DNA from: a virus
Lineage: Duplodnaviria; Caudoviricetes
Virus record (IMG/VR): IMGVR_UViG_3300033148_004574
Span: 1-55,761 of that record
Length of the DNA stretch: 55,761 nt
Strand: one strand, 5' to 3'
This document shows, piece after piece, positions 45,957-54,797 of this stretch (the first letter of the stretch is position 1; each line of letters begins with the position of its first letter). Under the pieces are notes generated by a model. The model did not search any database, was not told where the DNA came from, and saw nothing but the letters and a program-made list of their open reading frames with translations. A program made the translations under genes and the position numbers.

Positions 45957-45962
45957 CCCCCA

Positions 45963-46081
45963 CACAGAACAAGGCCCGGGCTTGCACCCGAGCCTTGCCG
46001 AGGAAACAGGACAGCTCCCTGTGTCCTCCCTTTGCTGGACGCTCCGCGAACGCGGTTCGTGTCTCCAGCCGTGTGATAAGC
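45963..46081 (-). ncRNA. Small RNA A, 5' end antisense to the allo-tRNA anticodon arm
   Basis: Promoter at 46088-46115 (TTGACT, TGcTATAAT); begins GCUUAUCACACGGCU; terminator CAAGGCTCGGG...CCCGGGCCTTGTTCT at 45966-45997. Confidence 0.65.
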
Positions 46082-46127
46082 ATCCCCATTATAGCAGAGC
46101 ACTTGCAGAAGTCAATGGGGGCGAGGA

Positions 46128-46212
46128 CGGAGGGGAGCGGAGTTGAACCGCATGCGCAGGGCGCACAGCACGCTTATCACACGGCTCCTGGTACCGACCA
46201 GAGTTCCCCTCC
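46128..46212 (-). tRNA. 8/4 allo-tRNA-like gene, GAU anticodon, long variable arm
   Basis: GGAGGGGA/TCCCCTCC 8-bp acceptor; TCTGGT-CGGT-ACCAGG D-arm; loop GTGATAA; GTGCGC-CCT-GCGCAT V-arm; GCGG-TTCAACT-CCGC 4-bp T-stem; G discriminator; promoter TTGCAT-17-TACAAT at 46220-46248. Confidence 0.8.
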
Positions 46213-46276
46213 GTTCACCATTGTATCACCTGGCACTGCCGGATGCAATGGTGTTACGGAGGGGGCTCGGGACGTC

Positions 46277-46441
46277 ACAAAGAACAAGGCCCGGATGGTA
46301 TGCACCCGAGCCTTGTCTGGGAACCCAAAGAGCGCCTCCTCCCATGAGCCCGCGTCACAACGGACTGCAACGGGCTTGGTGCCGCTCTTTGGCCCCGGTC
46401 GTCGATTCGCCCTGTTTGTTCAGGGTGAAGGCAACTCTCGC
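46277..46441 (-). ncRNA. Small RNA B, 5' end antisense to the second tRNA's anticodon arm
   Basis: Promoter TTGCAC-17-TATAAT at 46448-46476; begins GCGAGAGUUGC; terminator at 46281-46316 homologous to that of RNA A. Confidence 0.65.
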
Positions 46442-46484
46442 ATCCCCATTATAGCACAGCCGGTGATGCTGTGCAACGTGCAGG

Positions 46485-46558
46485 TGCCCCGGGTGGGAGT
46501 CGAACCCACGGCCACAAGCTTCGCGAGAGTTGCGTTCTATCCACTGAACTACCGGGGC
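46485..46558 (-). tRNA. tRNA-like gene with Arg-type D-loop and aberrant 18-nt anticodon arm
   Basis: GCCCCGG/CCGGGGC acceptor; GTTC-AGTGGATA-GAAC; CAACT-CTCGCGA-AGCTTG; GTGGG-TTCGACT-CCCAC; promoter TTGTAT-17-TAGAAT at 46569-46597. Confidence 0.82.
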
Positions 46559-46603
46559 ACCTGGACCCATTCTAGTCACGAGCGACGAGAGATACAAGGA
46601 GAC

Positions 46604-46900
46604 ATGATCATGTTGGGCACACCCGAGCTGGACGCCTACCAGGCGCTGGTTGACGAGTATGACGACGTACCCAAGGCCGACGAGCCGGCGCATATCGAGG
46701 ACATGATGGAGAGCCGGCTCGCCGCCGAGGTGGAGGCAGAGCGGAACGTTCGTTTTTTCCGGATGTACCGCGAGGGTGGGGTGAGCGAGGCAGACGCGGC
46801 GCACATAACGGACTATGGCCTGTGCGCGCGCTGGCTCGCCCGAAGGCTAGGCCGCCCCCCGACGGACCGAGAGGTGATGCAGAGGATGGCAATGATATGA
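46604..46900 (+). CDS. Hypothetical protein
   Basis: SD AAGGAG before ATG 46604. Confidence 0.55.
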   Translation: MIMLGTPELDAYQALVDEYDDVPKADEPAHIEDMMESRLAAEVEAERNVRFFRMYREGGVSEADAAHITDYGLCARWLARRLGRPPTDREVMQRMAMI

Positions 46901-47238
46901 GTCACGTTGAGGTTCTGGCCCGCGGCGCGCCCAGCCACGAGGCTCTGGTCCGTGCGCTGCGGTTCTTGGCACAGCGGTTCACAAAGCTGGGGAGGGATCA
47001 TGTGCAGACAGAGGAGGATCGAGGAGTTGACGCCGATCTCCGCGTATCTGCTCGGGACGCAGAAAGCGGTCGAGTGGTACACGGCGCAGGGACTCACGCA
47101 GAGCCAGGCCCGAGCGCGGCTGCTGCGGCTGGGTGAGTATGTGGACGAGCAGACGGTGATGGCCGCCAGGCGGCAGCGGGCCGCGGCGATGGTGGCGGCG
47201 TAGGGACAGAGGACAGGGGATATGGGAAGGACGGGGAA

Positions 47239-47484
47239 GTGAACATAGAGAAACAGATCATGGCCCTGAAGCGGCGGATGGACAGCAGGTTGAAGGCTCT
47301 CTCTGCCGCTGTGGCACAGATGCAGGCCAGCATAGTGGTACTAAACGACAAGGCGACCAAGCTCGAACAGCGCGCCCCACTGGTGCTCCAGCCCCGGCAA
47401 TGGGCCAGCGACGAGGAGCACGCCGCGAGCGTGGCTGAGGAGCAGGAACGCATCAACGAGCTGAGCGATGACCGCACGAGCTGA
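47239..47484 (+). CDS. Coiled-coil hypothetical protein
   Basis: ORF in the early operon. Confidence 0.5.
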   Translation: MNIEKQIMALKRRMDSRLKALSAAVAQMQASIVVLNDKATKLEQRAPLVLQPRQWASDEEHAASVAEEQERINELSDDRTS

Positions 47485-47920
47485 CTACGCCAACCGTGAC
47501 GGCGTCCCTGGTGCCGGTGGCTGCCTGCTAATGGCTGTCGGCCTGGCCGTCGCTGCCATCATCGCCCTAGGCGCGGTGTCGGCGCCGTTGGACCAGATCG
47601 TGGTCGGCGAAACCGACCTGCAAATGGGCACGCACGCCACGGAGAAGCACGGGATGGACGCCGTCACGGTGCGAAATCAGTTCATCAGCAAGATGGATCA
47701 AGCCACGTTCCAGAGGCCGCCATGCCGCGATGGGCGGTGGCGGTTCATCGACCAAGTCGCGGACGGGACGTGGGCAATCACGGTCTGGGAGCAAGTGCCG
47801 GGACGAGCAAACACATTCAGGGAGGTGACGAGCTTCACAACGCGTGACCAGGCGTATGTACGCCAAGTCGCGGAGCAGTGCGGCAACGGGCAGTGGCTGG
47901 GCCACGCCTACGGAAACTAG
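47468..47920 (+). CDS. Membrane-anchored hypothetical protein
   Basis: N-terminal TM helix; HATEKHG motif. Confidence 0.55.
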   Translation: MTARADYANRDGVPGAGGCLLMAVGLAVAAIIALGAVSAPLDQIVVGETDLQMGTHATEKHGMDAVTVRNQFISKMDQATFQRPPCRDGRWRFIDQVADGTWAITVWEQVPGRANTFREVTSFTTRDQAYVRQVAEQCGNGQWLGHAYGN

Positions 47921-48656
47921 GACATGGAGGCAAACATGCACACAGAGTCTCGCCGATGGGGGGCGTATGGCAGGAAGGAGGTCGTGCGCTGACGAACGTC
48001 AGCTTCGCCTTGTTGAGAGGCCGCTGTTTGCGCTAGGCATGATCCGAGTGCGGATCGCAAATGCGATGGCGTTGGCCACAGCAGGAGGGGAGGGGTGGGC
48101 TAAGGAGCTCGCTCAGGCGGAAATGCAACTGGTAGAGGCACAGGAGTTTATCGCCAACTGGTCACAGTACCAGTACAGGAGAAACCGGTGAGATACAAGA
48201 ATGAGCTGCGGGAATGGCAGTGGCGGCAAAGCGATGGGCCGCATCTGGTCGAGGTAGTGATCTGCGCGGTCATCTGCGGCGGTCTGTTGATCGCTGGTCT
48301 GACCGTATTGGGCTGGGTGATGCCGTGAACGTCGTGTGGGCTTTGCTGGGTTTCTGGGCCGTCATCACGGCGCTGTTCGCCGCGATGGCCTGGGCTGATC
48401 GGAGGATGTATGGGCATACCAGAGGAGCAGCTTCGGGAGCCACGGAGCCTGGTGTTCGGCCTGTTGGGCGGGGCTCTGCTGTGGGCGCTCGCCCTGGGCC
48501 TGAGCGCGTTGGCCCGGCTGCTGACTATGTGAGGGACTAACGGGAGGATAGAGTGTCACAGATGACGCGGCGGGAGATGCTAACGACGACATCGAGGCAA
48601 ACAGCACATCCGGCGGCGGCCAAGGTGGTCGCCGCGACAGAGAAGGGAGGAAGCAA

Positions 48657-49712
48657 GTGACGGACCTACCGGCAACACAAACGGGCATCTTGGAGAAAGT
48701 GGTCATCCAGGGCGACTTGTCACGCCTGAGTGAGCAAGAGCGGGTCACGTACTATGCGCGGGTCTGCGAGAGCATCGGCGTCAACCCGCTAACCCGGCCA
48801 TTCGACTATATCAAGCTCAACGGACGGCTGGTGCTCTATGCTCGCCGCGACGCCGCAGATCAGTTGCGGAAGATCCACGATATCAGCCTGACGATCCCCA
48901 GCCGCGAGATGATCAACGATCTGTACATCGTCACAGCGCGCGGCACGACACCAGAAGGCCGCACCGACGAAAGCACCGGCGTGGTGAGCGTTGCGGGTCT
49001 CAAAGGCGACAGCCTGGCGAATGCGCTGATGAAAGCAGAGACCAAGGCCAAGCGCCGGGTCACGCTGTCCATTGTGGGCCTGGGGTGGCTCGACGAAACC
49101 GAGGTGGCGACCGTGCCCGGGGCCGTTGAACAGGAGCCAGACGCCAAGGACAACGGCGGGGAAGCAGAGACGCCCAGGTCTTTCTGGGACAAGCACCCCG
49201 AGAAGAAGCAGGGCATCTATGATCGCTGCGCCGAGGTCTACAGCCTGAACCACGACCAGGTAGACCAGATCGTGGGCGACTGGGCGCGGTTTGGCGGCAT
49301 CACCGCCGTGGGCAACCACATCAAGGCCAACGTCGACAAGCTGGTCAAGAAAGAGGAGGCGGCCGCCAGTGGCCGCCCCTACTCGCCGGCGCAGCTCAAG
49401 GCGCATCTGGTCGCCATGGCGGAGCAGAACCACGGCGTGGCGCCACTGACCGACGGCGCCAAAGGTGCGATCGTGGGGGCGCTGGACGCGCTCTCGCCCG
49501 ATCGCGACCCGGTTGTGCGCAAGGCCAAGCGATACAGCCTGTTCCGGTTTGTGAACGGCGTTGACAGCAGCAAGAAGCTCGACGACGCCTGGCTGCGGGC
49601 CTATGGCGACTGGGCGCAGAGCGAGCATGCCGCCGCAGAACTGGCCGCCGTGATCGAGGTAGCAGACGTGGCCGCGGGGCAGCAACGAATGCCAGCAATG
49701 GCGGCGGCATAG
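48657..49712 (+). CDS. Phage single-strand annealing recombinase (RecT/Bet-like)
   Basis: GDLSRLSEQERVTYYARVCESIGVNPLTRPF...ANALMKAETKAKRRVTLS; adjacent to ssb. Confidence 0.65.
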   Translation: MTDLPATQTGILEKVVIQGDLSRLSEQERVTYYARVCESIGVNPLTRPFDYIKLNGRLVLYARRDAADQLRKIHDISLTIPSREMINDLYIVTARGTTPEGRTDESTGVVSVAGLKGDSLANALMKAETKAKRRVTLSIVGLGWLDETEVATVPGAVEQEPDAKDNGGEAETPRSFWDKHPEKKQGIYDRCAEVYSLNHDQVDQIVGDWARFGGITAVGNHIKANVDKLVKKEEAAASGRPYSPAQLKAHLVAMAEQNHGVAPLTDGAKGAIVGALDALSPDRDPVVRKAKRYSLFRFVNGVDSSKKLDDAWLRAYGDWAQSEHAAAELAAVIEVADVAAGQQRMPAMAAA

Positions 49713-50104
49713 TGTACCAGAAGGTGATCATCATCGGGAGGCTTGGGGCGGACCCCGAGATGCGCTACACGCCCAGCGGACAGTCCGTGACGAACTTTAG
49801 CGTGGCCACCGACCGGCGCTGGACGGACGCTAACGGCCAGCAGCAGCAGCGGACGACGTGGTTTCGGGTCTCGGCATGGGGCAAGCTCGCGGAGACGTGC
49901 AACAAGTTTCTGGCCAAAGGACGGCTGGTTCTTGTGGAGGGAGAGATACAAGAGCCGCGAGTGTACCAAGGCCGTGACGGCAAGTGGCGCGCGAGCCTGA
50001 ACATGAACGCGCGCGAGGTCAAGTTTCTCGGCAGCAAGAGAGATGATAGCGGGGCGATGGCAACTGAGAAACCGCCAGAGGATACGGAAGAAATCCCGTT
50101 CTGA
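49712..50104 (+). CDS. ssb: Single-stranded DNA-binding protein
   Basis: IIGRLGADPEMRYTPSG; TTWFRVSAWG; acidic tail EEIPF. Confidence 0.95.
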   Translation: MYQKVIIIGRLGADPEMRYTPSGQSVTNFSVATDRRWTDANGQQQQRTTWFRVSAWGKLAETCNKFLAKGRLVLVEGEIQEPRVYQGRDGKWRASLNMNAREVKFLGSKRDDSGAMATEKPPEDTEEIPF

Positions 50105-50292
50105 TGACATGCCATGCAGGGGCGCGGCGTGAAAGGAGAGGCATGACCGCCACACAGCTCGTGACCATCGAGGCATTCGGGAAGGGCAAGCGCCTCATTA
50201 CGGATTGAGGAGATGGCATGGCCGACATCTTTCCTCACATCTGGCGGGGGAGGGGTGGCTTGGCGAAACAACAAGTAATGGGGAGGGGCTGA

Positions 50293-51210
50293 GTGGCAAG
50301 CAAGTATTGGATCAAGCTCTATCACGAAATCCTGCACGATCCGAAGATGGGCCGCCTGCCCGATCGGACTTGGCGTCGAGCGATCGAGATATTCCTGATA
50401 GCGGGCGAGCTGGGCGACGACGGCCACCTGCCCGATGTTGCCGATATGGCCTGGACGTTGCGTGTCCCAGAAGAGACGATTCTTGAGGACTTGCGCATTC
50501 TGGCGGAGGCCGAGATCGTCGAGGAGATCGAGACCGGCTGGCTCGTCACGCACTTTGCCGCGCGGCAAGCACCATCGCCAGGGGCAGAGCGCATCCAGCG
50601 TTACCGGGATCGGAAACGAAAGCAGCAGTATGACGGTAACAATGGTGTAACGGTTTCTGGCGATGGCTGTAACGAATCGTTACAGGATCGTTACGATGAT
50701 GGTAACGATTCGTTGGTAGAACCAGAACCAGAACCAGATACAGATACAGAAGCAGATGCAGAAGCAGAACCAGAGCGTGCGGGCGCGGCCGACCCCGACG
50801 CCGCGTTCCTGTTCGGGCTAATCGATCGGGCAGGCATCATCATCAGCAGCACCATGCAGTCAGAGCGCTGGTTGGATTTACTGGAACTCACGCGGGATCA
50901 TGACCTGCTTCGGGAAGCATTCGAGGCCGCCGCCGGGCAACCGGGGCAAAAGGGGGCGAACTACATACGTGCGATACTGGAGCGGTGTCTTGCGGAAGGC
51001 AGGCGGCCAGGAGAACGACCGAAGGGCAAGGGGCCGCCAAGGCGCGAGACGACACGGGATCACAACGAAAGTGTGCTAGAGCGCTATCTGAAAGGAGCCA
51101 ATGGCAACACCGGAGGCGGTGGGGAAGGCGTTCGCGTTGTGGATGGCCAACTGGCCAACGCGGCAGGTGCCAGACGAGGCGCCAAGGCTATACGAGCTGG
51201 CCCTAGCTGA
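50293..51210 (+). CDS. Replisome organizer / replication initiator
   Basis: YWIKLYHEILHDPK; ERIQRYRDRK; EPEPEPDTDTE linker; NYIRAILERC (DnaD-like). Confidence 0.8.
   Translation: MASKYWIKLYHEILHDPKMGRLPDRTWRRAIEIFLIAGELGDDGHLPDVADMAWTLRVPEETILEDLRILAEAEIVEEIETGWLVTHFAARQAPSPGAERIQRYRDRKRKQQYDGNNGVTVSGDGCNESLQDRYDDGNDSLVEPEPEPDTDTEADAEAEPERAGAADPDAAFLFGLIDRAGIIISSTMQSERWLDLLELTRDHDLLREAFEAAAGQPGQKGANYIRAILERCLAEGRRPGERPKGKGPPRRETTRDHNESVLERYLKGANGNTGGGGEGVRVVDGQLANAAGARRGAKAIRAGPS
50635..50773. promoter_or_regulatory. Putative replication origin iterons inside the initiator gene
   Basis: GTAAC/GTTAC repeats, palindrome CTGTAACGAATCGTTACAG at 50667-50685, then AGAnnC hexamer run. Confidence 0.55.
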
Positions 51211-51547
51211 CGTGCCAGACGTGGCGCTGATGCGCGCAGCGGTGCGGTGCCTCAACGAATGCACGTTCTGGCCGACGGTGGCGGAGGTGCGCAAGGCGGT
51301 TGGGGTTGTGGCCCCGTCGGCACTGATGCCACTAGTGACGCCAGCGCCCGAGGTAGACGAGGCCAGGCTAGCGGAACAGATACGGGAGATGTGGGCGATG
51401 CAGCCGGATGCGGGACCGGGCTGGTATCAGATATGTGCGGGGTACGCAGTTCTCGGGACACGAGCGGAAGCCCTGCAAGCGTGGAGGGCATGGTACATAC
51501 CGGGGGCAGAGGAGCCGGAGGCATTGCGAGAAGGGGAGGCAAGATGA
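51101..51547 (+). CDS. Helicase loader/inhibitor-like protein
   Basis: LADVPDVALMRAAVRCLNECTFWPTVAEVR. Confidence 0.6.
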   Translation: MATPEAVGKAFALWMANWPTRQVPDEAPRLYELALADVPDVALMRAAVRCLNECTFWPTVAEVRKAVGVVAPSALMPLVTPAPEVDEARLAEQIREMWAMQPDAGPGWYQICAGYAVLGTRAEALQAWRAWYIPGAEEPEALREGEAR

Positions 51548-52395
51548 GACCAAGTAAGATCGGGTGGACCGACTACTCGGGGGGGATGCTCAATTTCGTG
51601 GTGGGCTGTACGCCGGTGTCTCGTGGCTGCGCCTATTGCTATGCGAGGACGATCTATGGGCGGCATGATAAGGATTCCCCGATCGTCCAGTGCCATGAGG
51701 ACAAACTGGAGCGGTTGCTGGAGCGCGACTTTCCCATAGACAGCCGGAAGCACCCGGGGCATCCCCCTATGGCCTTCGTCTGCGATACGGGCGACCTCTT
51801 CCATGAGGACGTGCCAACCGAGTTCATCACACATGCCTTTGAGGTCATGGCTGCGCGGCAAGACGTGACCTGGCAGATACTCACCAAGCGCCCGCAGCGG
51901 GTTGCAGACGCGCTGTATGGCTCGAGCTACCTTGGCGGTGGCGACTATCTTCCGTCTGTCTGGCTCGGCGTATCCGTCGAGGACCAGGTCACAGCAGACA
52001 AGCGAATCCCGCTGTTGCTGGAGACGCCGGCGGCGGTGCGGTTCGTGTCAGTGGGGCCGATGCTGGAGCCGGTGGACCTGAGCAAGTGGCTGGGGCCGGT
52101 ATGCGGCGAGACCTTTTGTGAGCAGTGCGGCGATTGTCTCGCCTGCTACGGGGAGGATCCCTGTGTCAATGGGGGGGAGCATGTATGCCCCCCGTTTCTT
52201 GACTGGGTGATCTGCGGTGGGGAGAGCGGCCCGATTCGACGCCCGTTTGACGTGGCCTGGGCGGTGGACCTGTACGGGCAATGCAAAGAGGCGGGCGTAC
52301 CGTTCTTCGGGAAGCAGGATTCTGGGCTGTATCCGGGGAAGCCGTTGCTGATTGATGGTCGCGAGATCAAGGAGTGGCCGGAGGAGGTGGTGTGA
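51544..52395 (+). CDS. DUF5131 / phage Gp37-Gp68 family (radical-SAM-like)
   Basis: SKIGWTD; GCTPVSRGCAYCYA; GDLFHE; QILTKRP; DWVICGGESG; PFFGKQ. Confidence 0.88.
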   Translation: MRPSKIGWTDYSGGMLNFVVGCTPVSRGCAYCYARTIYGRHDKDSPIVQCHEDKLERLLERDFPIDSRKHPGHPPMAFVCDTGDLFHEDVPTEFITHAFEVMAARQDVTWQILTKRPQRVADALYGSSYLGGGDYLPSVWLGVSVEDQVTADKRIPLLLETPAAVRFVSVGPMLEPVDLSKWLGPVCGETFCEQCGDCLACYGEDPCVNGGEHVCPPFLDWVICGGESGPIRRPFDVAWAVDLYGQCKEAGVPFFGKQDSGLYPGKPLLIDGREIKEWPEEVV

Positions 52396-52504
52396 TGGAC
52401 GAATGGCTGTTGCTGGCGGCATTGTTCGTGGTGGCCGTGCCTGTCGGCTACTTGCTGGGGCGGGGGTTGGGACTCCTCGTCAACTGGTTGGGCGGGAGAG
52501 GGCG

Positions 52505-52801
52505 GTGAGCACGACCTGGAAAGCGTGTGAGCGAGCCATCGCCCGCTTTCTCGGTGGACACCGGATCAGCAACCACGCGCTGGGTATGCAGACGCCGGAT
52601 GTGGAGACTGACACCTACCACATCGAGGTCAAGCACCGCAAGGCACTGCCCAAATGGCTGATCGGGGCGCTGGACCAGTCAGTGGCCAACGCCAGCGACG
52701 GCAAGCTGCCGCTGGTTGTGCTGCATGAGGCGGGGCGACGACATGACGATGACCTGGCCGTGATACGACTGAGCGATTTACGGGAGTGGTTTGGATCATG
52801 A
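52505..52801 (+). CDS. PD-(D/E)xK nuclease, Holliday junction resolvase-like
   Basis: WKACERAIA...PDV...IEVKHRK...PLVVLH. Confidence 0.72.
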   Translation: MSTTWKACERAIARFLGGHRISNHALGMQTPDVETDTYHIEVKHRKALPKWLIGALDQSVANASDGKLPLVVLHEAGRRHDDDLAVIRLSDLREWFGS

Positions 52802-53178
52802 GCGGAGGACGGCCACCCGTACTGACCGAGAAGCAGCGCACTGAGGTATATCAGCGTTGGCGAGCGGGGGAGATACAGAGCGCATTGGCGCGAGTGTATG
52901 GTGTGAGTGAGAGGACGATATGGCAAGCATGTCGGGAGGGGAAGGGGGATGAGGGTATGGCCAGCACCAAAGGTATGAACAGCAAAGAGGTCAAGATGCG
53001 GTACGAATACCTGCGCGAGACGGTGAAGCTGCTCAACATGTACTCCGCTAGATTGCTAGAACCCCAGGGGCGGGTATCCCGATTGCAGCAGATCGAGGCG
53101 CTGTCCGAGAAGCTGGGCAGCCAGGCGCGGAGCTGGAGGCAGAGCGAGACGCGAGAGAATATGGGGAAGGCAGAATAG
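52798..53178 (+). CDS. HTH fused to the repeated MNSKEVK module
   Basis: GRPPVLTEKQR...GEIQSALARVYGVSERTIW then MNSKEVKMRYEYLRE... Confidence 0.55.
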   Translation: MSGGRPPVLTEKQRTEVYQRWRAGEIQSALARVYGVSERTIWQACREGKGDEGMASTKGMNSKEVKMRYEYLRETVKLLNMYSARLLEPQGRVSRLQQIEALSEKLGSQARSWRQSETRENMGKAE

Positions 53179-53181
53179 AGC

Positions 53182-53983
53182 ATGATGGACAGAACAACAT
53201 TGGATCGCATTCTAGCTGCGCATGCTAGATGGCGGGCTGGGGATAAGGACGGGGAGAGGGCCGACCTGAGCGGGGCTGGACGGGGAGAGGGCCGACCTGA
53301 GCGGGGCTAGCCTGGGCGGAGCCAACCTGACCGGGGCCGATTTGACTGAAGCCAACCTGAGTTGCGCCTATCTCTATGGAGCCAAGCTGAGCGGAGCCAA
53401 CCTGAGCGGGGCTGATCTGACCGAAGCTACTCTGATCGGGGCGAACCTGAGCAGGGCTGACCTGAGTGAGGCGAATCTGAGCTGGGCTGACCTGAGCAGG
53501 GCCGACCTGCGCAGGGCCGACCTGAACGGGGCGAACCCGAGCAGGGCGAACCTGGGCGGGACGAATCTGAACGGGGCGAACCTGAGCGGAGCTCAAGGGC
53601 TACTCAATGCCCGCGACTGGCTGGCAGAGCACTTCGAACGCACAGACGAAGGGATTGTAGTCTACAAGGCGATTGGGGTGACGGAGTATCAGATACCCGA
53701 CTACTGGCAGATCGAGCCCGGCGCATACCTGGTGGAAACTGTGAATCCGCTCCCAACGGTTGCGTGCGGATGCGGCGTGAACTTTGGGACGCGAGAATGG
53801 GTTGCGCAGAACTACGCCAATGCCACACTTTGGCGCTGCCTGATCGAATGGATGGACCTCGCCACGGTCGTGGTGCCATACAACACTGATGGGAAGGCCC
53901 GGTGCGGGCGCCTGAGGCTGTTGGAGATAGTGCGGGACGCGAGGAGATGTGGGGAGGGCAGAGAAGCAGTGCCTGGAGAGTGA
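53182..53983 (+). pseudogene. Pentapeptide-repeat protein, frameshifted by a 31-nt tandem duplication
   Basis: GGACGGGGAGAGGGCCGACCTGAGCGGGGCT twice (53247-53277, 53278-53308); A(N/D)LxG repeats; C-domain shared with 54932-55639. Confidence 0.75.
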
Positions 53984-54083
53984 GGGAGGGGAATGATGGT
54001 ATGTGCGGGATTCTGCTGGAAAAGGTCGGTGACGTGCCGGATGCGATGCGATGCTCGATATGCAGGGAAGGCTACGGGGAGCT

Positions 54084-54797
54084 GTGACCTACATCCTCGA
54101 TGACAACGCTATCGTTAGTTATGGTGGCGGGGTGAACAGTACTGGATTGGTGATTCACCTGGTCAATATGAGCTGGCGCGGGCGGATCATCATGGCAGAT
54201 ACCGGCGCCGAGTGGCCCGAAACGGAGGAGTTTGTCGCGCTGTTTGAGCGCGAATGGCTGGCTCCGCGGGGACTGTGCGTTGAGCACGTCGGAGCGGAAT
54301 GGCGAGCGGGGGGTCGGAAGAAATGGGCTTTGCCGGAATACTGTGAGAAGCGCAATATTATTCCGTTGGCATCGCGGCGCTGGTGTACCATCGAATACAA
54401 GGTCTCTCCTATCGCTCGCTGGTGCGAGGCGCATGGCGTGACGACACAATACCTTGGCATATCAGCGGATGAGAGCCACCGGATGCCGGATGCTGTGAGA
54501 CCTCTCTGTGATGACTGGCTGACACGGCGCGATTGTGTGCGGATCATCAAGGCTGAAAGGTTGCCGATACCTCCTAGATCAAAGTGCTGGCTATGTACGT
54601 TTCAGACGGAAGCGGAGTGGCGGCGATTGTGGCAAAGGCATCCCGATCTATATGCGCGAGCGGAGGCGCTAGAGGCGGGAGCGAAGCGGACGGGTACAGG
54701 ACGGTATCGTGCCACGCTGGACCCTGGCGGCAAGGTGACGCTAGCAGACAGGCGAGCGAAGTTTGAGCGCGAGATGGTGCTGGAGGCGCCAGGATGA
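54084..54797 (+). CDS. Second PAPS-reductase-like (PP-loop) protein
   Basis: VSYGGGVNST; ADTGAEWPET; RWCTIEYK; GISADE; PPRSKCWLC. Confidence 0.8.
   Translation: MTYILDDNAIVSYGGGVNSTGLVIHLVNMSWRGRIIMADTGAEWPETEEFVALFEREWLAPRGLCVEHVGAEWRAGGRKKWALPEYCEKRNIIPLASRRWCTIEYKVSPIARWCEAHGVTTQYLGISADESHRMPDAVRPLCDDWLTRRDCVRIIKAERLPIPPRSKCWLCTFQTEAEWRRLWQRHPDLYARAEALEAGAKRTGTGRYRATLDPGGKVTLADRRAKFEREMVLEAPG

Noticed and set aside
46128-46212. tRNA-Sec (selC)
   Set aside because: The D-arm and long V-arm are Sec-like, but the anticodon is GAU rather than UCA and the T-stem is 4 bp (8/4, not 8/5).
46485-46558. Host tRNA fragment marking an integration site
   Set aside because: It is full length, has its own promoter, lies mid-genome, and the integrase is a serine type with a separate attP candidate.
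45953-46603. N-terminal two-thirds of the 315-aa ORF 45953-46900 and the antisense ORF 45580-46089 as proteins
   Set aside because: Low-information translations across tRNA genes, promoters and terminators; a proper SD and ATG at 46604 explains the real coding part.
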